Shown here: positions 1 to 7,789 of the stretch, one piece after another | How positions within the stretch are numbered: the stretch's first letter is position 1 | Layout of the letters: each line of letters begins with the position of its first letter | Assembly: GCA_024226315.1 (NCBI GenBank) | Contig: JAAELT010000170.1 | Coordinates: 2,415-66,414 of the forward strand | Source of the DNA: a bacterium | GTDB lineage: Bacteria > Acidobacteriota > Thermoanaerobaculia > Multivoradales > J023 | Length of the DNA: 64,000 nucleotides | Direction of reading: 5' to 3' | Translations under genes and position numbers: made by a program | The notes under the pieces: model-generated | What the model saw: the letters and a program-made list of their open reading frames with translations, nothing else | Databases searched by the model: none | Told to the model about the DNA's origin: nothing

Positions 1-1118
1 CCGGCCTGGCCGACGTCGACCATTCACTGAAGAGCTGGCGGTACCGATCTTCGTAGAGCGCCGGATACGCGCCATGGAAAGCCGTTTCGGCGCCGTCCCT
101 GACCGCCGTTTCGAAACCTTGCGCAAACCCTTCGCGGAAGCTCCACTCGTAGGCGACCTGTGAACCGTAGTCCCAGCCGTCTTCGTGGCCCCGGGCGTAC
201 ACGCGATCACCGACGCTATGGATCAATTCCTCGAGCTGATGGCTGTAGGCACACTTGAAAAGACTTTCGAATCGGGCGCGCTCCGTGGTGCTCAGCTGGT
301 TCCAGAACGCCCTGTCGTGATGGTGGCGCAGCCAGTGATCGAAACCACGGCTCGCATCGGCCCAACCGCTGTCGTAGAGATCGTCGACGTCGTCACAGCG
401 ATAGAGCCTCCAGGCGTCCAGGCTCCCGAAATCGTGAGCGACGACGCTCTCGACCGGATGATCCTTGAACACGTCGACGATCCGTGGCTCGCGGATGGCC
501 GGCAGCGCGCCGGTGAAGGCGGGCACGGCCGCCCGGGGATCGAGCGCCGGCTCCCGGCTCAGATCGCGGAACTGATCGATCACCCGCAGACGCGCGGACC
601 GCCCGGCGACGCGCGCGGCGTCTTCCGTGCCGACCTCTTCGCCGGCCAGGCGAGCACGCGGATCCGACTCGCCCGCGCGTGTGCCCTGGCGGTAGTCCCA
701 GGCGCCAAGCAACGGATCACGCATGGCTGACTGCAGACCTTCGTAGAAGCCTGCCCTGTAGATCTCCCGGCGGCCGGAATGATCGACGCTCTGCCGGGCA
801 GCCCAGGTCGCGGCCACCGCCGCACGCGTCTCGAGCTCGCGATCCGTTTGCGGAGCGTCAGGAGACGCACCAGCGCCATCGTTCGGTTTCGACGGTACGT
901 CGGGAACCTCGATCACGAGCGCCCTTGGCAGCACACCAGCGGCGGGCCTGGACGTCGAGGGGCGGGCGGCCGAGGACACCTCGGCCGAGGAGCGACCGAC
1001 GCTCTTGCGCTCCAGCTCGAGATCGATTTCCTTTCCGTTGCTCGCCGCCATGGCGGCGAGGGAACAGAAACCCAGCGATATTCCAACGATCAATTTTCCG
1101 AAGGTTGTACGATTCATG
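1..1118 (-). CDS. hypothetical secreted protein (3'-partial, continues beyond window start)
   Basis: Manual minus-strand translation from the ATG at 1116-1118 gives MNRTTFGKLIVGISLGFCSLAAMAASNGKE..., which has a signal-peptide-like N-terminus. The frame stays open to position 1 and shows strong GC3 bias. It is absent from the ORF track only because it runs off the window edge. The overlapping plus-strand ORFs 185-730 and 679-1236 have weak GC3 bias. Confidence 0.5.
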
Positions 1119-1380
1119 GCACGACCTCCATTTATTCGGTGTTATCAATCGCGGAGGAAGCCGTTTTGGAAGAACTGGCAGAACGACAGGGAGAATGCCC
1201 GGCTTCCTCCGCACTTTTGGTATAGAGCAAGCTTGATGCCAGCCTGAAAAACCCAGCATTCTCCGAGGATCCAGGCGCATTCGCGCACCGAGGCGACCGC
1301 CCGCAAGGACCCTACCGGCCCCGCTGGAGGACAGGTTCTCCTCCAGGGTCTGCTGCTAGCATGCCGAAAGGAGCTCTCTC

Positions 1381-2376
1381 GTGACCGCCCTCGCCCGAAA
1401 ACGGACCCGCCTCATCCTCACCGCGGCCGTGCTTCTCTCTTCGGTGGCTTGCCGGCCGCCGGAGACGCGACGGGCAGACGGAGGGTGCCCCGACGTACCT
1501 GAGCCGGCGCTCGAGCTGCCGGCGCTCGACCTGGCGAGCCCCGGCGTCTCGCAAGCCAACCTGAGGACCTGGATCGACCTCCTGACCTCACCAGCGCTCG
1601 AAGGCCGGCACGCCGGTGAGCCTGGCGCCTGGGCGGTGGCCGACCTACTGGCCCGGCAACTGGCGGCCTTCGGCCTCGAGCCACCGGCGGAGGGAGCCTG
1701 CCAGGCTTTCCCGTTCTTCGACGGCGAGGACTACAACGTCACGGCGAGCTATCGCTCGGGAACGGTTCTGTCTGATCCGGGCGACGGCCGTCCGCTGATC
1801 CTGGTAAGCGCCCACTACGACGGCCAGGGCAAGCACCCCGCGGGCATGATCTACCCCGGCGCCGACGACAACGCCTCGGGAATCGCCGCGCTGCTCGAGC
1901 TGGCCCGACTGACGGACCCCGGCGACGACTCCCGTGTCGGCTGGGTGTTCACGGCATTCGGCGCCGAAGAAGCCGGCCGCATGGGCTCGCATGCCTACAT
2001 TCGACACCCGCCGCTCGATCTGTCTGGCGTGGCGCTGGCGGTCAATCTCGACATGGTGGGCCGGCCGCTGCCCGGCGAAGCGCCGGACGCGATCGGCTAC
2101 CTGACTTCGACCGACGACACTTCGGCGCTCGTCCGGCGGGCCGCCGAGATCGCCGGTGTCGACGCCAGAGACCTCGACAGCTTCGGTAAGCTCAGGCCGA
2201 TGATCTCCGATGCCGACGTCCTGGCCGAGCGCCTGCCGACAGTGCTGCTGTCGACAGCCCTCCACAAGGACCATCATCAGCTCTCCGACGTGCCCGAGCG
2301 GGTCGAGATCGCCCAGGTCGAGCGCGCCGTCCACCTGGTGCTGGCACTGGCGGATATACTCACCGGCCGCTCATGA
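1381..2376 (+). CDS. M28 family zinc peptidase (aminopeptidase-like) with N-terminal signal/lipobox-like segment
   Basis: It has the motifs HYDGQG and GADDNASGIAALLELAR typical of M28 metallopeptidases. It starts with GTG and begins the first of three consecutive 4-bp start/stop overlaps in this plus-strand run. Confidence 0.8.
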   Translation: MTALARKRTRLILTAAVLLSSVACRPPETRRADGGCPDVPEPALELPALDLASPGVSQANLRTWIDLLTSPALEGRHAGEPGAWAVADLLARQLAAFGLEPPAEGACQAFPFFDGEDYNVTASYRSGTVLSDPGDGRPLILVSAHYDGQGKHPAGMIYPGADDNASGIAALLELARLTDPGDDSRVGWVFTAFGAEEAGRMGSHAYIRHPPLDLSGVALAVNLDMVGRPLPGEAPDAIGYLTSTDDTSALVRRAAEIAGVDARDLDSFGKLRPMISDADVLAERLPTVLLSTALHKDHHQLSDVPERVEIAQVERAVHLVLALADILTGRS

Positions 2377-3998
2377 CGTCGAAGCTGAAAGACCTGTCTC
2401 GCATCTACTTCTACGCCGTGGTGATCACCCCCGGCGCCGTGCTGATGGCCCTCGAGATGGTCTCGAGCCGGATCCTGGCCCCGCACTTCGGCAGCAGCGT
2501 CTATGTGTGGGGCTCGATCATCGGGGTCTTCCTGGCCGCAATGTCGATCGGCTACTTCTGGGGCGGCAAGCTCGCCGACCGGCAGCCCACCCTGGCGGTC
2601 CTGGGCCGCCTGGTGCTCGCCGCGGGCCTGGCGCAGACCCTGGTGCTGCTGGCCGGCGCCAGGATCGTGGCGGCGCTCGGCGACCTCACCGGCGGTTCGC
2701 CCACCGGCACCCTGGTCGCCACCACCCTGTTGTTCGGGCCGCCGACAGCGTTTCTTGCCGCGGTTTCGCCCTATGCCGTGCGATTGGCGACCAGCGATCT
2801 GCAACTGCTGGGCGGCACCGCCGGCCACCTCTACGCGCTGTCTACCGGCGGTAGCCTGGTGGGCACGCTGGGCGCCACCTTCGTGCTCATCCCCTACCTC
2901 GACCTGGAGTCGATCCTGAGGCTGCTGCTGGCGGTGACCGCCGTGACCGCTATCGCCGCGATGCTCTCGAGGCCGCGCCAGGAGCGCCTCAGCCTGGCGC
3001 TGGGCGGCAGCCTGTTGTTGCTGGCGGCGGTGCCTGGAACTATGACGCAAGAAGCCGGGTTGGAGCTCCTTGCCAACCGGATCACGCCCTACCAGAGCCT
3101 ACGCGTCTCCGAGAGCGACGGCGTGCGCTTCCTGCACTCGGACGGCACGATCCATGCGGCGGTGATCATCGACAGCCGCGAGCCCTGGCTGGACTACACC
3201 CGGCAGGCCGGTGCCGCGCTGCTGATCGAGCCCGAGCTCGACAGCTTCCTGGTACTCGGCATGGGCGGCGGCAGCGTCGGCACCTATCTGCAGCAGCGCG
3301 TGCCGGGAATGCGCCTCGACCTGGTCGACATCGATCCGGCGATTCCCGAGCTGGCCCGTGAGCTGATGTTCTTCGAAGAGAACGAGCGCACCGCCGTCCA
3401 CGTCGACGACGGCCGGCGGTTCCTCTCCGGCAAACCGGACGCCCGCTGGGACTACATCTACGTCGACACCTACATCGGCCACTCGATCCCCTTCCACCTC
3501 TCGACCGTCGAGTTCTTCCGCGAGGCGAAGAGGCATCTGAACCCCGGCGGGGTACTGGGCCTCAATCTGATCTCCAACCTGGAGAATCCCTTCGCCCAGG
3601 GGATCGTGCGCAGCATCAGCTCGGTGTTCGACAAGTTCTACGTCTTCGTGGTGCCGGGCGGCAACTACCTGCTGCTGGCCACGGACCGCCCCGAGCCGCC
3701 CGGTCGCGACCGGATGCTCGCCACCGCCCGCAGACTGGATCCGCAACACGACTTCGATCCGTCACTCGAAGAGATGGTCGGGTACCTTCGCGACGTCGAC
3801 TTCGATCTCACCCAGGCATTGCTCCTGACCGACCGGTACGCGCCGGTGAACCACCTGGTCCGCATGGGAGGGTCGGGCGGCCAGGCGCTGCGCTTCGAAG
3901 GCGTCGCTCCCGTCGAAGGCACCGCTCCCGCCTCGCCGGCAGACACGCCGGCCGCCGAGGCCCCGGAGAACGAGCCACCAGGAGAGCCCGGCTCGTGA
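2373..3998 (+). CDS. spermidine synthase-like polyamine aminopropyltransferase fused to N-terminal multi-helix membrane domain
   Basis: The N-terminus is hydrophobic and multi-helical. The C-terminal region has an SpeE-like methyltransferase fold with the motifs LVLGMGGGSVG and DYIYVDTY. It overlaps the upstream gene by 4 bp (ATGA). Confidence 0.75.
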   Translation: MTSKLKDLSRIYFYAVVITPGAVLMALEMVSSRILAPHFGSSVYVWGSIIGVFLAAMSIGYFWGGKLADRQPTLAVLGRLVLAAGLAQTLVLLAGARIVAALGDLTGGSPTGTLVATTLLFGPPTAFLAAVSPYAVRLATSDLQLLGGTAGHLYALSTGGSLVGTLGATFVLIPYLDLESILRLLLAVTAVTAIAAMLSRPRQERLSLALGGSLLLLAAVPGTMTQEAGLELLANRITPYQSLRVSESDGVRFLHSDGTIHAAVIIDSREPWLDYTRQAGAALLIEPELDSFLVLGMGGGSVGTYLQQRVPGMRLDLVDIDPAIPELARELMFFEENERTAVHVDDGRRFLSGKPDARWDYIYVDTYIGHSIPFHLSTVEFFREAKRHLNPGGVLGLNLISNLENPFAQGIVRSISSVFDKFYVFVVPGGNYLLLATDRPEPPGRDRMLATARRLDPQHDFDPSLEEMVGYLRDVDFDLTQALLLTDRYAPVNHLVRMGGSGGQALRFEGVAPVEGTAPASPADTPAAEAPENEPPGEPGS

Positions 3999-5935
3999 GC
4001 GGAATCGACCTCGGCGCGGCCCACGAACCGGTGCAGACCGTCGCCGGCGAGGCGCGGACCTTCGGCGACGTCCTGCGCCTGCGGGTGCATTCGACCCCCG
4101 AGGCGCCGGCCAACTTCGAGAAGCGCGACGGCGCGTGGATCGCCACCACCTGGAACGAGCTCTACGAGCAGACGCGCCGCGTCGCGGCGGGTCTCCTGGA
4201 GCTGGGCCTCGAAGTGGGTGATCGCGTCGCGATCCTCGGCCCCACCCACGCCGCCTGGGGCACCTACGACCTCGGCGCGCAGCTGGCGGGATTGGTGACC
4301 ACCGGCATCTATCCCCACCAGAGCGTCGAGCAAATCCGCTACCTGTTGGAGCACAGCGAGAGCCGCGTGATCTTCGTCGACGGCGAGGAGGAGCTTGCCA
4401 CGGTGATGGAGGCGGCCGACGGCAACGAGCATCTGCGCGCCATCGTCCCCTGGTCGGCCGAGCTCGCCGCGCGCCATGCCGGCGACGAGCGGGTGCTCTC
4501 CCCGGATCACTTCGCGGGCGAGCCGCTCACCGAAGAGGCCGTCGCCGAGCGGCTCACCGGGGTCGATCCGTCCGACACCGCCATCCTGATCTACACCTCC
4601 GGTACCACCGGCCCGCCCAAGGGGGCGATGATCACCCATGCCAACATCCTGAGCCTGCTGCGCAGCGAGCCGGACATCTTTCGCTTCTACCGCGACGACC
4701 TGCTGCTGAGCTTCCTGCCGATGGCCCACGCCACCGAGCGGGTGCTGCTCTTCTACCTGCGGATCAACACCGGGGTGGCGGCGGCCTTCGCGTCGAGCGT
4801 CGGCGCGGTGCTCGCCGAGGTCCGGGAGGTGGGGCCGACCGTCTTCGGTTCGGTGCCGCGGCTGTTCGAGAAGGCCTACGCCAAAATTCTCTCCGAGATC
4901 GAGCGCAAGCCGGCCGTGGTGCGCCGCCTGTTCGCGTGGGCCCGCGACGTGGGCCGCGAGCGGCTGCCCTACGTGCTCGATAGCGCGGAAGTACCGAAAT
5001 GGCTGGCACTCCGGTACGCCATCGCCGATCGGCTGGTTTTCGCCAAAGTCCACGCCGCCTTCGGCGGCCGCGTGCGCGCCTCGATCACCGGCGCGGCACC
5101 GATCTCCTACGACATCCTGGAGTTCTTCTGGGGAGCCGGCATGCCGGTCTACGAGGGCTACGGCATGACCGAGGCCACGGTGCTCACCCACATCACGCGA
5201 GAAGGCAAGGTCAAGCTCGGGACCGTGGGCCGGGCGGTGCCGCCCACCACCTGCCGCATCGCCGAGGACGGCGAGGTGCTGCTGGGCGGACCGTTCGTCT
5301 TCAAGGGCTACTACAAGAACGAGGAGGTGACGCGAGAGACCGTCGTCGACGGCTGGCTCCACTCGGGCGACATCGGTGAGCTCGACGACGAGGGCTATCT
5401 GCGCATCACCGACCGCAAGAAGCACCTGATCATCACCGCCGGCGGCAAGAACGTCGCCCCGGCCAACATCGAGCGCGCGATCAAGACCAAGAGTCCCCTG
5501 ATCTCCCAGGTCCATGCCCACGGTGACCGCCGTAACTACATCTCGGCGCTGATCGCGCCGAGCCCGCTCGAGACATTGGAGTGGGGCGCCGAGCACGGCG
5601 TGCTGAGCGAGGCCGAGGCCGCCGAGCGGCGCGCCGAGCTGGAGCACGATCCCACGGCGCGCTCCGAGGCGCTCGGACACGCCATGGCGAAGGTGGTGGA
5701 AGAGCCGGAGTTCCAGCAGCTGTTCTCGGAGCCCGTGCGCCGGGGCAACGGCGAGCTGGCGCGGGTGGAGCGGGTGCGGCGCTTCTTCGTGCTCGGCCGC
5801 GACCTGAGCCAGGAAGGCGGCGAGATGACGCCGACCATGAAGATGAAGCGCAAGGCGATCGAGGAAAAGTACGCCGACCTCTTCGACCGCGTCTACGACG
5901 ACGACAGCTTCGCGATCGACGCCGGGCGGGAGTGA
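3995..5935 (+). CDS. long-chain fatty-acid--CoA ligase (AMP-dependent synthetase/ligase)
   Basis: It carries the AMP-binding signature IYTSGTTGPPKGAMITH, a YGMTE motif and a C-terminal GEMTPTMKMKRK tail typical of the FadD-like acyl-CoA synthetase family. Confidence 0.85.
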   Translation: MSGIDLGAAHEPVQTVAGEARTFGDVLRLRVHSTPEAPANFEKRDGAWIATTWNELYEQTRRVAAGLLELGLEVGDRVAILGPTHAAWGTYDLGAQLAGLVTTGIYPHQSVEQIRYLLEHSESRVIFVDGEEELATVMEAADGNEHLRAIVPWSAELAARHAGDERVLSPDHFAGEPLTEEAVAERLTGVDPSDTAILIYTSGTTGPPKGAMITHANILSLLRSEPDIFRFYRDDLLLSFLPMAHATERVLLFYLRINTGVAAAFASSVGAVLAEVREVGPTVFGSVPRLFEKAYAKILSEIERKPAVVRRLFAWARDVGRERLPYVLDSAEVPKWLALRYAIADRLVFAKVHAAFGGRVRASITGAAPISYDILEFFWGAGMPVYEGYGMTEATVLTHITREGKVKLGTVGRAVPPTTCRIAEDGEVLLGGPFVFKGYYKNEEVTRETVVDGWLHSGDIGELDDEGYLRITDRKKHLIITAGGKNVAPANIERAIKTKSPLISQVHAHGDRRNYISALIAPSPLETLEWGAEHGVLSEAEAAERRAELEHDPTARSEALGHAMAKVVEEPEFQQLFSEPVRRGNGELARVERVRRFFVLGRDLSQEGGEMTPTMKMKRKAIEEKYADLFDRVYDDDSFAIDAGRE

Positions 5936-5937
5936 CG

Positions 5938-7089
5938 ATGAGAACACGTACCCGTGCTCGTGGATCGTTGTTCTTGGAGGGATTCCTCGTCGCCTTGATG
6001 TTTCTAGCGACAGCCGCGACGTCGGGCGCCGAGCCGGCAACGGTGGAGCTCGAGCTGCTCTCGGTGCACGACATTCCGGGCGGCACCCGGTTCGGGGATA
6101 CCTGCCTCGGCGGGCTGTCTGCGCTCTTCTACGATCACGCGAAGGATCGCTACTTCGCGGTCTCCGACTCGCGCACCAACGCCAGGATCTACACCCTGCG
6201 CATCGAGATCGAAGAGCACCCGGAGGACGGTCCGCGGATCGCCGGCGTCGACTTCGAAACCGTCGTCCGACTCTCGACGCGCGAAGGCGTGCCCTATCCG
6301 GACGGCCGTGTCGACCCGGAGGGCTTTGCGCTGGTCGACGCCGGGACCGCCTTCTTGTCCAGCGAGGGCGTCGCCCGCGACGGCGTGCCGCCCTTCGTCG
6401 ACCTGGTGGAGGTCGATACCGGCTCCTGGCTCTCGACCCTGCCGCTGCCGGCGTCCTACCGCCCCCGTCACGACGGCGACGACCAGGTGTCGGGCGTGCG
6501 CAACAACCTGGGGCTCGAGTCGCTGACCCTCAGCCCGGGCCACCGTTATTTGTTCACCGCCAGCGAGTCGGCGCTGGCCCAGGACGCCGGCGGTCTCGCC
6601 ACGGGAGTGGAGCACTTCGCCCGCGTGCTACGCGTCGACCTGGGATCCGAGGCGCGCCGCTTCGAGGAGGCGCTCTATCCGCTCGTCATGCCGGAGGGCG
6701 ACGTCGTCGTCCACGGGCTGGTGGAGCTGCTGGCGCTCGATGACGACGGCCATCTGCTCGCCATGGAGCGCACCTACGCCCACGACCGGGGGCTGACGGT
6801 CCGGCTCTACGAGGTCCACTTCAGCCAACACCGTGCCGACCCCGACCGTTCGCGCCTATCCCCGGAAGCCGAGAGCCTGCCGGTGCTCGACAAGCGGCCG
6901 CTGCTCGACTTCGGCAAGCTGCCGGTCCTGCTCGACAACCTCGAGGGATTGACGCTCGGCCCGCGCCTGGCCGACGGCAGCGAATCGCTGCTGGTGGTCG
7001 GCGACAATGACAACACCGAGTGCCAGCCGCCCACCAGCCTGGCGCAGATGCGGCCGACGAAGCTCCTGTTGTTCAGGCTGAAGCGCTGA
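5938..7089 (+). CDS. secreted phytase-like esterase domain protein (esterase-like activity of phytase family)
   Basis: The start is at MRTRTRARGSLFLEGFLVALMFLATAATSGA, which looks like a signal peptide. The first 119 codons of track ORF 5581-7089 lie antisense within the upstream gene and are Arg-rich, so I treat them as artefact. Resemblance to PF13449-like proteins is from memory. Confidence 0.55.
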   Translation: MRTRTRARGSLFLEGFLVALMFLATAATSGAEPATVELELLSVHDIPGGTRFGDTCLGGLSALFYDHAKDRYFAVSDSRTNARIYTLRIEIEEHPEDGPRIAGVDFETVVRLSTREGVPYPDGRVDPEGFALVDAGTAFLSSEGVARDGVPPFVDLVEVDTGSWLSTLPLPASYRPRHDGDDQVSGVRNNLGLESLTLSPGHRYLFTASESALAQDAGGLATGVEHFARVLRVDLGSEARRFEEALYPLVMPEGDVVVHGLVELLALDDDGHLLAMERTYAHDRGLTVRLYEVHFSQHRADPDRSRLSPEAESLPVLDKRPLLDFGKLPVLLDNLEGLTLGPRLADGSESLLVVGDNDNTECQPPTSLAQMRPTKLLLFRLKR

Positions 7090-7111
7090 GCCTGGCTCGC
7101 AAGCTCGGCTC

Positions 7112-7200
7112 ACGAGGCTTGGGTGCCACTGGCAGCTTGTCTGCCAGTGTGTTTCATCGTGCAGGCAGACACTGGCGGGCAAGCCGCCAGTGGCACACGA
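7112..7200. terminator. long imperfect inverted repeat / hairpin between convergent genes (candidate bidirectional terminator or REP-like element)
   Basis: The left arm GTGCCACTGGCAGCTTGTCTGCCAGTG is nearly the reverse complement of the right arm CACTGGCGGGCAAGCCGCCAGTGGCAC, with about 27-bp arms and a roughly 22-nt loop. It sits between the stop at 7089 (+) and the stop at 7223 (-). Confidence 0.4.
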
Positions 7201-7222
7201 TTCTCTGACGAGCCGGGGAGCC

Positions 7223-7723
7223 TCAGCTCACCACGACATCATGGTCGAGCATGGCGTCGCCGTCGAAGACGAAGCGGCCGTTGAAGTGCTTGCCCTCGAG
7301 CATCAGCGGCAGCCAGATCTCGTCGTCGGCCCACATCTCCTCGTACGGAATCGCGTCCAGGTCGGTCCACAGCGGGATCGCTTCCTCGGTCTCCCGCGCC
7401 TCACCATGGCAATCGGTGGCGGTGAAGACATAGACGTAGATCGAGTATCCGTCGGCGAACTGGAACAGTAGCTCACCCCGTTGGGAGAGGCCCATCGGGG
7501 TGACCATCAGCTCTTCCTCGACCTCGCGGATCGCGCACTGACGCGGCGTCTCACCTGGGTCCATGCGCCCGCCCGGACCGTTGATCTTGCCGGCGCCGAG
7601 GCCGCGCTTCTTGCGGATCAGCAGGATCTGGCCGTCGCGCACGACGAACAGCAGGGTCGCGCGGTCGACAGGCGTCCACGTCGGCCAGTCGATCGCCGCC
7701 AGGCTGGTGATTCCGGGTTCCAC
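7223..7723 (-). CDS. NUDIX hydrolase (MutT-like)
   Basis: It has the Nudix box [26 protein letters not shown] (GX5EX7REUXEEXGU). It is transcribed divergently from the TIR-STAND gene, with only a 66-bp intergenic region. Confidence 0.85.
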   Translation of the reverse strand: MEPGITSLAAIDWPTWTPVDRATLLFVVRDGQILLIRKKRGLGAGKINGPGGRMDPGETPRQCAIREVEEELMVTPMGLSQRGELLFQFADGYSIYVYVFTATDCHGEARETEEAIPLWTDLDAIPYEEMWADDEIWLPLMLEGKHFNGRFVFDGDAMLDHDVVVS

Positions 7724-7789
7724 GACGCGCTGACGGTATCAGCCCGAGTTTCATTCGGGTAGCTCTCGTCAATGCTATTCTGCCGCTGA

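Noticed and set aside
185-1236. Plus-strand ORFs 185-730 and 679-1236 at the window start
   Set aside because: The minus-strand frame is open from 1118 to the window edge, has a signal peptide and strong GC3 bias. The plus-strand frames have mixed third positions.
3665-6040. Long ORFs in the track antisense or out of frame to strong genes. Examples are 3665-6040(-) 791 aa, 7981-10071(+) 696 aa, 19904-21220(-), 21926-22954(-), 42219-44060(-) 613 aa, 43517-46348(+) 943 aa and 47712-50027(+) 771 aa.
   Set aside because: Their translations are Arg/Ala/Gly/Pro-rich and low-complexity, which is typical of stop-codon-poor alternative frames in a 68% GC genome. Each overlaps a gene with clear domain motifs and proper GC3 bias.
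7724-7789. Specific -35/-10 promoter calls in the NUDIX / TIR-STAND divergent intergenic region
   Set aside because: Candidate hexamers (TTCATT, TATTCT) have poor spacing, and I could not support a specific promoter from sequence alone.
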